Source: Candidatus Nitrosotenuis sp. (GTDB lineage: Archaea > Thermoproteota > Nitrososphaeria > Nitrososphaerales > Nitrosopumilaceae). From it: DNA of 32,000 nt. The translations under genes and the position numbers were made by a program. Position 1 is the stretch's first letter. Every line of letters begins with the position of its first letter. The notes under the pieces are model-generated. The model saw nothing but the letters and a program-made list of their open reading frames with translations. It did not search any database and was not told the origin of the DNA. The DNA is taken from the NCBI GenBank assembly GCA_035575435.1, contig DATLXX010000001.1, forward strand, positions 1 through 32,000, given 5' to 3'. Shown here piece by piece: positions 1 through 8,519 of the stretch.

Positions 1-1
1 A

Positions 2-142
2 AAGAGGATGCTTGGAGAGTATGTCATGTCCAGGCATATCCTGACGCAGAATCGAGAGGTGATGTGTCGTATTATTGCATATAATTGCTATAGAACAACT
101 AGGAATTATGGTGTGATTTTGGGATGGTTTCTACACGGCTAA
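2..142 (+). mobile_element. C-terminal fragment of an IS5-type DDE transposase gene; the gene runs off the left window edge
   Basis: Frame-3 translation gives KRMLGEYVMSRHILTQNREVMCRIIAYNCYRTTRNYGVILGWFLHG*, with TAA at 140-142. It resembles the C-terminal ..SGIKRMFGEDVRSKKNMVQE.. of the transposase at 24810-25633. It is absent from the ORF track because no start codon lies in the window. Confidence 0.5.
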
Positions 143-212
143 TTTCATTGATTAGTTTATAATTTTTTATAGTCTAATAACCCTTATATTCAAAACTCAG
201 AAGGGAAAGCTC

Positions 213-1607
213 ATGGCAGCAGGCATAGATGACATTGCAATATACATACCGAGGCTGTTTGTAGACTCGGCGGATTTTGCTGTAGCCAGAGGGCTTGATC
301 CTGCAAAGCTCAAGCAGGGGCTGGGCATATCCAAGATGGCAATAGTCGACACCAACCAAGACCCTGCGTGCCTTGCTGCAAACGCATGCCTAAAACTGAT
401 GCAAAAAAACAACGTCTCTCCAAAGGATGTGGGAAGGCTGTATGTAGCTACCGAGTCGGCCCTGGATGAATCAAAGGCCCTAAACTCGTATGTAATAGGC
501 ATGCTCGAGCAGGTTTATGGTCAGGACTCCTTTGAGCATTGCGGTGGAATAGAGTGCAAATTTGCGTGTGTTTCTGGCTCTTACGCATTATACGATAACT
601 GCAACTGGATTAGGGCCGGAGAAGCGGAAGGCAAGTATGCCATTGTTGTAGTTTCAGACATTGCCAAGTACGACCTTGGCTCGGCCGGAGAATACACCCA
701 AGGAGCTGGGGCAATCGCCATGCTCTTAAACGACAACCCAAGATTGCTTCAATTCGACACCAAAGTTACGTCCACATCAATCAAAAATGAGTATGATTTC
801 TACAGGCCGTTTGGCAAAGAAACTCCCATTGTGCATGGCCAATACTCCAACTTGTTGTATCTGATTCAGGTCAAAAAAGCATTCGAGTTATACAAAAAGA
901 AGGCGCTGGAGACAGGCCTCATCAAGATAAAAGAAGGCGAGACAATACTTGATTACATAGACTACCTGTGCATGCACCTCCCGTACAGCAACATGGGAAA
1001 GAAGGCGCTTGCATACCTGCTCAGAAGAGAATGGAGACACCTCCCAAGGTGGAAAAGAATCATAGAGCAGACAGGAATGGATGAGCCGGTTCCAAAGGAT
1101 CCACGTGGAACGATCGAGTCGATTTTGGCAGACGACGAATACATGGCAAAAGATCACGAATTTACAAAGCTGTTTACGAGGACAAAGGAATACCAGCAGT
1201 TCTACGAGGACAAGCTTGCAAGCTCGCTTATCGCTTCGTCCATGATTGGCAATCTGTACACCGCATCGCTTTACTTGGGATTCCGTAGCTGCCTTGAATT
1301 TGAGTTCCAAAAAGGAGTAGACTTGGAAGGAAAGCGAATAGGCTTTGGCTCCTATGGTAGCGGTAGTAGCGCAATGGTCTTCAGCGGCGTAATACAACCG
1401 ACATACAAAGAAATTGTAAAGAACATGAACATAGAGGCCGAAATAGGAGAAAGAAAGAAGCTCTCACTAGAAGAATACGAAGAGATCCACGAAAACAAAC
1501 GCAGCCCCCATGAAAGCCTCCTTGACGCAAAAGAGGAATTCGTCTTGGTAAGTATTGAAAAATCGCCGGAAAGCAAGGGCGAGCGCAAATATGCATTCTG
1601 TCAGTAA
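213..1607 (+). CDS. Hydroxymethylglutaryl-CoA synthase (mevalonate pathway), long 464-aa form
   Basis: ORF-track protein. N-terminus MAAGIDDIAIYIPRLFVD..., the catalytic-Cys context GIECKFACVSGSYALYD and overall thiolase-fold HMGCS similarity. An A/T-rich TATA-like box lies about 25-30 nt upstream. Confidence 0.9.
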   Translation: MAAGIDDIAIYIPRLFVDSADFAVARGLDPAKLKQGLGISKMAIVDTNQDPACLAANACLKLMQKNNVSPKDVGRLYVATESALDESKALNSYVIGMLEQVYGQDSFEHCGGIECKFACVSGSYALYDNCNWIRAGEAEGKYAIVVVSDIAKYDLGSAGEYTQGAGAIAMLLNDNPRLLQFDTKVTSTSIKNEYDFYRPFGKETPIVHGQYSNLLYLIQVKKAFELYKKKALETGLIKIKEGETILDYIDYLCMHLPYSNMGKKALAYLLRREWRHLPRWKRIIEQTGMDEPVPKDPRGTIESILADDEYMAKDHEFTKLFTRTKEYQQFYEDKLASSLIASSMIGNLYTASLYLGFRSCLEFEFQKGVDLEGKRIGFGSYGSGSSAMVFSGVIQPTYKEIVKNMNIEAEIGERKKLSLEEYEEIHENKRSPHESLLDAKEEFVLVSIEKSPESKGERKYAFCQ

Positions 1608-1628
1608 GAAAGGCAACAAATTCAACTC

Positions 1629-2165
1629 ATGGAGCCCTCACAAATCAAAGACATACTCTACGATGAAATAGGGCGAGCAACAGATAGCAGAATACAAGCT
1701 TCAATATCTGCAGGAAGCAAAGCCAAGATAATTCAAGAGATTTTGCAAAACTGCATTAAACGAATCTCTGAAATCGAAAACGTTCCGGCGAACTTTGTTT
1801 TGTGTGCAGAAGGACTGACACACTATGTGCTCACAAACACCCTGGTACCAAGCCAAAGAAAGATTGAAGTGAACGGTGTTGAGGTAGACATAGCAATTCC
1901 AGACTCCAAGACGCTTTTAGAATCCCCTGCCGAGTCACTTGTACTGTATTTTGTAAAGACTGCCAGCGATGAGGCTATCGCACACCTACAGAAACTACAG
2001 AAAATCCAACCTAAAAGAGACAACATCTGGATAATTTCAAATTCGTTTACGCCAAACCCCTTTAGGACGTACGACGTGACTACAAACTTTTCAGCCATGT
2101 TTGACGACATTGATGAGTTTCTTGCAAAGAGACCCAAGATCAAGTTCAAGATTTTTAAAAGCTGA
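1629..2165 (+). CDS. Hypothetical protein (178 aa), probably co-transcribed with HMG-CoA synthase
   Basis: Long ORF 21 nt downstream of HMGCS on the same strand. I recognise no family. Confidence 0.55.
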   Translation: MEPSQIKDILYDEIGRATDSRIQASISAGSKAKIIQEILQNCIKRISEIENVPANFVLCAEGLTHYVLTNTLVPSQRKIEVNGVEVDIAIPDSKTLLESPAESLVLYFVKTASDEAIAHLQKLQKIQPKRDNIWIISNSFTPNPFRTYDVTTNFSAMFDDIDEFLAKRPKIKFKIFKS

Positions 2166-2841
2166 GTTTTTTAATTATGTCGTTTTTTTGCAAAATCTCA
2201 GAGACGCGATTGATGCTAAGATCGTCTAAATGTGGAACGGCGCAAAGAGATTCTACGCCAGTCAGGTTTGTCAGGTCTTTTGTCAGCTCGTCTACCACGT
2301 AGCCTGTAGAATCATAGTTATTGATGATCAGTCCACGCAGAGTCAGACCGTATTTTTTGCATGCCTCGCACGTCAGAATGGTGTGATTCACGGTGCCGAT
2401 TTTTGCGCTGGTGACCACGATGGCCTCAAGATTCATATCTTTTATGAGGTCAGCTACGAAGTAGTTTTTCAAAATTGGGGTCATGATGCCGCCTATTCCT
2501 TCAACTAGGACGACATCGTGCAACTCTTGGAGTTTTTCAAACTTTTGTATCACGACTTCGATATCGATTGATGCACCTAGTTTGTTTGCCGCAGCATATG
2601 GCGATGCTGGGATCGGGAAAAAATACGGGTTGATCAGATCCTCGCTGTCTACAACTCCGGCTGATTTGGCAAGCAGTTGGGCGTCTTCGGATTTGAAGCC
2701 CTGTTTTTGTTGCCCACCGCAGGCAAACGGTTTCATCACACCCACGTCGATATCGCGGTTTTTCAGTGCGAGTGCTAAAGACGCAGTGATCACAGTTTTG
2801 CCGATTTCAGTGTCAGTGGCAGTCACAAAGAACGACTTCAT
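2155..2841 (-). CDS. bioD: Dethiobiotin synthetase
   Basis: N-terminal P-loop-like FFVTATDTEIGKTVITASL, 228 aa, divergent from bioA. Confidence 0.9.
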   Translation of the reverse strand: MKSFFVTATDTEIGKTVITASLALALKNRDIDVGVMKPFACGGQQKQGFKSEDAQLLAKSAGVVDSEDLINPYFFPIPASPYAAANKLGASIDIEVVIQKFEKLQELHDVVLVEGIGGIMTPILKNYFVADLIKDMNLEAIVVTSAKIGTVNHTILTCEACKKYGLTLRGLIINNYDSTGYVVDELTKDLTNLTGVESLCAVPHLDDLSINRVSEILQKNDIIKKLSF

Positions 2842-2914
2842 CAGGATGGCTCTGAGTCGTCGACTGATTAATCTTACCGTTTGATTATTAAAATGAGTTT
2901 TTCTACAACAGCCA

Positions 2915-4237
2915 ATGAAGAATCAAAGCTTTGTTTGGCACCCCTACACTCAGATGAAAGACTGGCCGAGCTTTCCAAAAATAGTCAGAGGAGACGGAAT
3001 GTGGCTTGTCGACTCGCATGGAAATAGACTCCTTGATGGTGTGGCTAGCATGTGGTGCAACGTGTGGGGCCACTCCAAAAAAGAGATGATTTCGGCCATA
3101 CATGCTCAATCAAAGAAAATCTCGCATTCTTCACTTTTTAATTTGACAAACGATCAGGCAGAAAAGCTGGCAGGAAGGCTCATCCGCATACTGCCTGGCA
3201 TGCATCGGGTGTTTTTCTCCGATGACGGCTCGACGGCCATGGAGATATCACTCAAGATTGCGACGCAGTATTGGCAAAATATGGGGGAGAAGAAGACAAT
3301 TTTTGCAACGCTTGAAAACGGCTACCACGGTGACACGTATGGTGCCATGTCGGCCGGTTACGTCCCAGGGTTTTTTTCGCCGTTTAAGAGTCAACTCTTC
3401 AAGACGATACGAATTCCATTTGTGAACGACTATAGAATCCCACCAAACAAAACAAAAAAAGACTATCTGAATTCAGTGTTAGAAAAAATCGAAATGGTGC
3501 TTGCTGCCAACGACAGAATAGCCGCGTTTATGATGGAGAGCGGCGCCCAGCTTGCAGGCGGAGTCAACATATATCAAGACGGCTTCCAGGCAGAAATAAG
3601 CAGAATTTGCAGAAAACACGGTACGCTTTTTGTTTTAGATGAAATTGCCACAGGTTTTGGCAGACTGGGCTCTCTTGTAGAGTATGTTGCGCAGAAAAGC
3701 AGACCAGACATAGTATCCCACGGCAAGATGCTGACTGGAGGCTACATGACTTTGGCAACCACATCTGTTTCAAAGAAGATCTACGAGTCATTTTTAGGCC
3801 GGTATTTGGAGATGAAGCATTTCTTCCACGGACACACCTTCACTGGAAACCCCCTTGCATGTGCCGTCGCAAACAAAAATCTCGATCTCTATGAGAAGAC
3901 AAGACTCATGAGCCGAGTTCAAAAAACCTCAAGGACGCTGGCAAAAAGGCTTCAAGAGTTTGACGGAATAGACATCGTAGGCGACGTTCGTTCGAAGGGA
4001 CTGCTTGCAGCAATAGAGTTGGTCAAAGATACCAAGAAAACCCCCCTCGTTTTTAGAAAATCTACGAACAAGGTAGTCTTCGATGAGGCAAAAAAACACG
4101 GGATCTACCTTAGGGCCTTGGGAAACATAGTCATGCTTGTGCCGCCCCTTGCCATTTCCGAGTCCGAGTTGAACTTCCTCGTCGATGGCACATTAAAGAC
4201 CCTCAAAAATATCTCCAAAAGCACAAAACTATTGTAA
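2915..4237 (+). CDS. bioA: Adenosylmethionine-8-amino-7-oxononanoate aminotransferase
   Basis: 440-aa class-III aminotransferase. Motifs HPYTQM, FFSDDGSTAMEISLK, LDEIATGFGR. Lies in the bio cluster. Confidence 0.92.
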   Translation: MKNQSFVWHPYTQMKDWPSFPKIVRGDGMWLVDSHGNRLLDGVASMWCNVWGHSKKEMISAIHAQSKKISHSSLFNLTNDQAEKLAGRLIRILPGMHRVFFSDDGSTAMEISLKIATQYWQNMGEKKTIFATLENGYHGDTYGAMSAGYVPGFFSPFKSQLFKTIRIPFVNDYRIPPNKTKKDYLNSVLEKIEMVLAANDRIAAFMMESGAQLAGGVNIYQDGFQAEISRICRKHGTLFVLDEIATGFGRLGSLVEYVAQKSRPDIVSHGKMLTGGYMTLATTSVSKKIYESFLGRYLEMKHFFHGHTFTGNPLACAVANKNLDLYEKTRLMSRVQKTSRTLAKRLQEFDGIDIVGDVRSKGLLAAIELVKDTKKTPLVFRKSTNKVVFDEAKKHGIYLRALGNIVMLVPPLAISESELNFLVDGTLKTLKNISKSTKLL

Positions 4238-4300
4238 ACCAACCACATGTCAAGCGGTTAACATTTGAAATCTTAATTAACCGTATAATCTTGCTACGAA

Positions 4301-5278
4301 TTGTTGAACACTGAGCGCGATTTTATTCTAGTATGCCAAGACAAAGTCCTTTCTGGCAAAAAGCTTGACAATTGTGAACTCGAAGTGTTGATGAACGTGG
4401 CCGATTTGAAGGCCCTGTCTGAGGCGGCAAACAAAATAACCCGCGCATTTCAGGGAAACAAAGTCGATGTAGAGCAGCTTGCAAACATAAAAAAGAACTA
4501 CTGCAGCGAGGACTGTGCGTTTTGCGGCCAGTCAGCGTTTTTCAACACAGGTGGTGACGGATATCAGCTCCTGCCCGCAGAAAAAATAGTATCGATGGCA
4601 AAAAAAGCAAAAAACGAAGGTGCCGAGTCTTATTGCCTTGTTGCTGCGTGGAGACAACCATCAAAAAGCGATTTTGAGCAGGTTTGCCACATAATAAGAC
4701 AGATCAACGAGCAGGTCGGCATAAACATAGAATGCAGCCTCGGATTTCTCACATACGAGCAAGCACAAAAACTCAAAGAGCTAGGTGTCCGCAGATACAA
4801 CCATAATTTAGAGACAGCCAGATCAAAGTTTGCAGAGATCTGCACTACTCACACCTACCAAGACAGAATAGACACCTTGCTTATTGCACGAAGAGCTGGT
4901 CTTGAGCTGTGCACAGGCGGGATAATCGGCCTTGGCGAAACAAGAAAACAAAGGCTGGAGTTGATTTTGGATTTGTCCTGGCTTGAGCCGGAAGAGGTCA
5001 CAATAAACATGCTCGTGCCAATACCTGGAACGCCGCTACAGTTACAGACACCACTCCCATTTGAAGAGATTTTACGAGTTTTTGCTGTGACTCGATTTGC
5101 GCTGCCGCGCTCAATAATAAAAATATCTGGAGGGCGCGAAGTCCATCTGCAAGACGATGGCCAAGAGCTCCTTCTGAGTGGCGCAAACGGAATCATAAGT
5201 GCCGGGTACCTGACGCTTGGCGGCAACGAGATGAAAAAAGACCTCGAAATGATCAAAAAAATCAATCTTGAAGCATAA
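4301..5278 (+). CDS. bioB: Biotin synthase (radical SAM)
   Basis: CSEDCAFCGQ (CxxxCxxC radical-SAM cluster), 325 aa, TTG start taken from the ORF track. Overlaps the bioF start by 11 nt. Confidence 0.92.
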   Translation: MLNTERDFILVCQDKVLSGKKLDNCELEVLMNVADLKALSEAANKITRAFQGNKVDVEQLANIKKNYCSEDCAFCGQSAFFNTGGDGYQLLPAEKIVSMAKKAKNEGAESYCLVAAWRQPSKSDFEQVCHIIRQINEQVGINIECSLGFLTYEQAQKLKELGVRRYNHNLETARSKFAEICTTHTYQDRIDTLLIARRAGLELCTGGIIGLGETRKQRLELILDLSWLEPEEVTINMLVPIPGTPLQLQTPLPFEEILRVFAVTRFALPRSIIKISGGREVHLQDDGQELLLSGANGIISAGYLTLGGNEMKKDLEMIKKINLEA

Positions 5279-6401
5279 ACTTGGCTTTATTGCCGACACG
5301 TTAGAGGAGATAAAAAAAGAAAACCTCTACAGACAAATGCATTATGGCAGGGTGGATGGGCCATACATAACCATCGGAAGAAAAAGGCTTGTCAATTTTT
5401 GCTCAAATGACTATCTTGGCTTGTCTGTGCCAGAGCTTGCGCCAAGACAGTTCCAGTCAAGCTCTAGGCTCGTCTCCGGCAACGATGTGTCGTTTATGAA
5501 ACTGGAGAAGATCCTCGCAGCACACAAATCTCAAGAGGCAGCACTGATTTTTCCAACCGGCTACATGGCAAACCTTGGCGCAATTCCGGCTCTTGCATCA
5601 AAGAATTCCCTGATTCTAAGTGACGAATTGAATCATGCAAGCATCATTGAGGCCTGTCGGCTGTGCAAGGCAAAGACGTTGGTTTACAAACATAATGATG
5701 TTGACGACTTGGCAAAAAAAATACGCGCCTACAAAAAGGCAACAAAATTCATTGTCACAGAAGGAGTCTTTAGCATGGACGGCGACATGGCTGATCTGAA
5801 AAAGATCTCAGAGGTGGCAGAAAAAAACAATGCAGTTCTGATTCTGGACGACGCGCACGGAGACTTTACTGTGGGAATAGACGGGAGGGGTTCTGCAAGT
5901 CACTTTGGCGTTGAAAAAAATATCGACGTCTACATAAGCAGTCTCAGCAAGGGGCTTGGTTCGTTTGGCGGATATGTAGCGGCAAGCAAGGATGTGATTG
6001 ACTTGTGCGTCAACAAAGCCAAGTCCTTTATTTACACCTCAGCTCTGCCCTCGTTTCTGATCGATCTTACACTCAAGAGGCTCAAACAAAACAGAGAGGT
6101 CCAAAGAAAAAAACTTGAGCGCAATGTCAAGCTGCTCTCGACACAATTGCGAAAAATGGGTTACGACATACGATCGCAGACACACATAATCCCATTGATC
6201 ATAGGCGATGAAAAACGCGCACTGGAGTTTGGGGAGTATTTGTATGAAAGAGGTGTGTTTGCCCAACCAATCAGGTACCCCACTGTCCCAAAAGACAGCG
6301 CACGCATAAGAATTTCGGTGACCGCATGGCTCTCCGAAGATCACATTGGGGCCGCATTAGACGTGTTTGAAAAGGCTGGTAAAAAATTTCAGATTTTGTA
6401 G
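5268..6401 (+). CDS. bioF: 8-amino-7-oxononanoate synthase
   Basis: NFCSNDYLGL, the SLSKGLGSFGG PLP-lysine region, 377 aa. The TTG start is needed to retain the conserved N-terminal L..ENLYR segment. Confidence 0.9.
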   Translation: MKHKLGFIADTLEEIKKENLYRQMHYGRVDGPYITIGRKRLVNFCSNDYLGLSVPELAPRQFQSSSRLVSGNDVSFMKLEKILAAHKSQEAALIFPTGYMANLGAIPALASKNSLILSDELNHASIIEACRLCKAKTLVYKHNDVDDLAKKIRAYKKATKFIVTEGVFSMDGDMADLKKISEVAEKNNAVLILDDAHGDFTVGIDGRGSASHFGVEKNIDVYISSLSKGLGSFGGYVAASKDVIDLCVNKAKSFIYTSALPSFLIDLTLKRLKQNREVQRKKLERNVKLLSTQLRKMGYDIRSQTHIIPLIIGDEKRALEFGEYLYERGVFAQPIRYPTVPKDSARIRISVTAWLSEDHIGAALDVFEKAGKKFQIL

Positions 6402-6402
6402 A

Positions 6403-6498
6403 CTAGCCCATGCCAAGAAACATCGGGGAACCGACGTACACTGCTATTGCAATGATCACTCCAAGAATTATCCCCACAATTATGAACCTTTTATTCAT
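6403..6498 (-). CDS. Possible 31-aa single-pass membrane micro-protein
   Basis: Manual translation: MNKRFIIVGIILGVIIAIAVYVGSPMFLGMG*. ATG at 6498-6496 and TAG at 6405-6403. Too short for the ORF track. Support is only the hydrophobic core and the intergenic location. Confidence 0.25.
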   Translation of the reverse strand: MNKRFIIVGIILGVIIAIAVYVGSPMFLGMG

Positions 6499-6583
6499 AG
6501 TGTATAACCGTCTCACTTAGATAAAAATCAATGAAATTCGGAATCAATGTGGAACAACGCTTTAATAAAAAATTCGAGGTCTT

Positions 6584-7318
6584 ATGCACATGGCGGAGGT
6601 CACCATTGCGGTAGCAGCACTCGCAGGACTTGGCTCATTTCTTGCGCCGTGCATTTTGCCAGTCATTCCGGCTTTTCTTGCATACATATCAGGAACCACA
6701 ATAACCGATCTGCAAAGAACCAAATCCGTGAACATGCTAACTACAAGACTCAATATTTTTTTGAACAGCATGTTTTTCGTATTAGGCTTTTCTGTCGTGT
6801 TTTCAATTTTCGGCATAATTTTGAACAGTGTTCTTGCAAGCAGCGCAGCTAGCCTGACTTCAAGCTTCAACCAAGTTGGCGGCATCATAATAATTGGATT
6901 CGGTGGATTCATGCTACTATCAACTCGGATTGGTAAGCTCAATTTTGAGAAAAAGATCATACCTACCGTAGGAAAGGCAAGCTACCCACTGTCGTTTGTG
7001 TTTGGTCTTGCCTTTGCTACTTGCTGGACCCCATGCATTGGGCCTATACTTGGAAGCATCCTGACGCTTGCCGCAACGACGCCGAGCCAGTCATTTACGT
7101 TGCTGCTTGCGTACTCGCTAGGACTTGGCATTCCTTTCATCCTGATCGGGGCGTTTTTCTCACGAATGTCCAGAATCGTCGTGGCTCTAAGCAGGCACCT
7201 AAAATACTACTCTGTGATCACTGGCATGCTCATAGTACTGCTCGGCGTATTGGTGCTCACAAACCAGCTTGCCGCAATAGCCAGCTTTCCATTGCTAAAC
7301 AATCTGCTTCTTGGGTGA
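6584..7318 (+). CDS. ccdA: CcdA/DsbD-family transmembrane thiol:disulfide electron transporter
   Basis: Polytopic membrane protein with the two conserved Cys regions APCILPVIPAF and ATCWTPCIGPILG. The start could instead be the ATG at 6590. Confidence 0.85.
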   Translation: MHMAEVTIAVAALAGLGSFLAPCILPVIPAFLAYISGTTITDLQRTKSVNMLTTRLNIFLNSMFFVLGFSVVFSIFGIILNSVLASSAASLTSSFNQVGGIIIIGFGGFMLLSTRIGKLNFEKKIIPTVGKASYPLSFVFGLAFATCWTPCIGPILGSILTLAATTPSQSFTLLLAYSLGLGIPFILIGAFFSRMSRIVVALSRHLKYYSVITGMLIVLLGVLVLTNQLAAIASFPLLNNLLLG

Positions 7319-7322
7319 CCAG

Positions 7323-8432
7323 ATGAAGACTGAAATAAAGACTGCATTAATAATGGGAATAGTGGTTGCAGGCGGGATTGCCGGTGCAAGCCTGTATTTT
7401 GGTATAATAGAGAAACAACTAGGTCAAAGCGGCGCAAACTTGCAAACACAGGACGGCCTGACCAGCATTGACAAAACTCGTTTCAAGAAAGCGCCTAAGC
7501 TTGAAGGGATTTCTGGCTACATCAACACTAGCCCAGAGGAGCTAATGCAGCAGCTTGATGGCAAAGTCGTTCTCTACGACATTTGGACATATAGCTGCGT
7601 CAACTGCCAAAGAACCCTTCCTTACCTCACGGCGTGGAACGAGAAATACTCTGACAAGGGACTCATCATAGTTGGGATTCACTCACCTGAGTTTGAGTTT
7701 GAGAAAGACATAGAAAACGTCAAGCTTGCGGTAGAAAAATTTGGAATCAAGTATCCCGTCATACTGGACAACGACAAAAAAATTTGGGACGCGTTTGAAA
7801 ATCGGTACTGGCCAAGAAAATACATTGCAGATGACGAAGGCTACATCAGGTATGATCACATCGGCGAGGGCGCATACGATGAGACAGAGACAGTCATTCA
7901 AGAGTTACTAAGAGAGAGGGCCGACCGACTCGGACTGGATATTGCAGCAGCACAGCCCCTAGTCTACATCGAGGAGTTCAAACACGGATCCAGAACTCCT
8001 GAATTATATTTTGGGTATGATTTTGCGCTAGGGAGAAACCAGCTTGGCAACAAAGAAGGCTTTCAGCCAGAAAAATCTGTCTCATATGTGATCCCACCAT
8101 CACTTAGAGACAATTACTTTTACCTTGGCGGCACTTGGAGAAATCTTGCAGACAGGATGGTGCTGACTTCGGAAAGCGGAACGATCGTGCTGCCGTATTT
8201 TGCAAAACAGGTCAACATCGTAGCTGCGGGAGATGCGGAGCTTGAGATCCTGCTTGATGGAAAGCCCATTTCAAAGCAAGACGCCGGCTCTGATGTTACC
8301 GGTGACGGAATGGTCTCAATATCAGCTTCAACGTTGTACAACCTAGTCAACTCTGAAGAAGCGGCAAGGCACACAATTCAGATAAATGTGGACAGGCCTG
8401 GTTTTGAGATATACACGTTTACCTTTGGCTAA
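7323..8432 (+). CDS. Membrane-anchored thioredoxin-like (redoxin) protein with a C-terminal beta-rich domain, like the DipZ C-terminal part
   Basis: N-terminal TM helix, WTYSCVNCQRTLPYL (CxxC), IVGIHSPEFEFEK, YPVILDNDKKIWDAFENRYWPRKYI. I prefer the ATG at 7323 over the track TTG at 7311. Lies 5 nt after the ccdA stop. Confidence 0.85.
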   Translation: MKTEIKTALIMGIVVAGGIAGASLYFGIIEKQLGQSGANLQTQDGLTSIDKTRFKKAPKLEGISGYINTSPEELMQQLDGKVVLYDIWTYSCVNCQRTLPYLTAWNEKYSDKGLIIVGIHSPEFEFEKDIENVKLAVEKFGIKYPVILDNDKKIWDAFENRYWPRKYIADDEGYIRYDHIGEGAYDETETVIQELLRERADRLGLDIAAAQPLVYIEEFKHGSRTPELYFGYDFALGRNQLGNKEGFQPEKSVSYVIPPSLRDNYFYLGGTWRNLADRMVLTSESGTIVLPYFAKQVNIVAAGDAELEILLDGKPISKQDAGSDVTGDGMVSISASTLYNLVNSEEAARHTIQINVDRPGFEIYTFTFG

Positions 8433-8449
8433 AACTTGTTACCGCGGAT

Positions 8450-8471
8450 CCCTGTTACCAGGGTGACAGGG
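8450..8471. promoter_or_regulatory. G/C-rich 22-nt palindrome between the redoxin gene stop and the cdvB promoter
   Basis: ccctgttaccagggtgacaggg. The outer 10 positions pair, including one T:G wobble. Confidence 0.3.
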
Positions 8472-8489
8472 TGCCCGGTTACAAAGTTC

Positions 8490-8496
8490 TTTAAAA
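8490..8496 (+). promoter_or_regulatory. TATA-like box for the cdvB paralog (leaderless-type spacing)
   Basis: tttaaaa centred about 27 nt upstream of the ATG at 8520. Confidence 0.35.
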
Positions 8497-8519
8497 CTAA
8501 TTTTTTTAGCACAATCAGA

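Noticed and set aside
174-502. Minus-strand ORFs 174-359 and 197-502, overlapping the HMGCS 5' end.
   Set aside because: They are antisense to a strongly supported gene and have no independent support.
8436-8519. The ORF-track start for cdvB at 8436, which adds 28 codons.
   Set aside because: The extension would be translated through the G/C-rich palindrome and the TATA-like box. The ATG at 8520 gives the conserved-looking N-terminus MGSLSDKW.. with leaderless promoter spacing.
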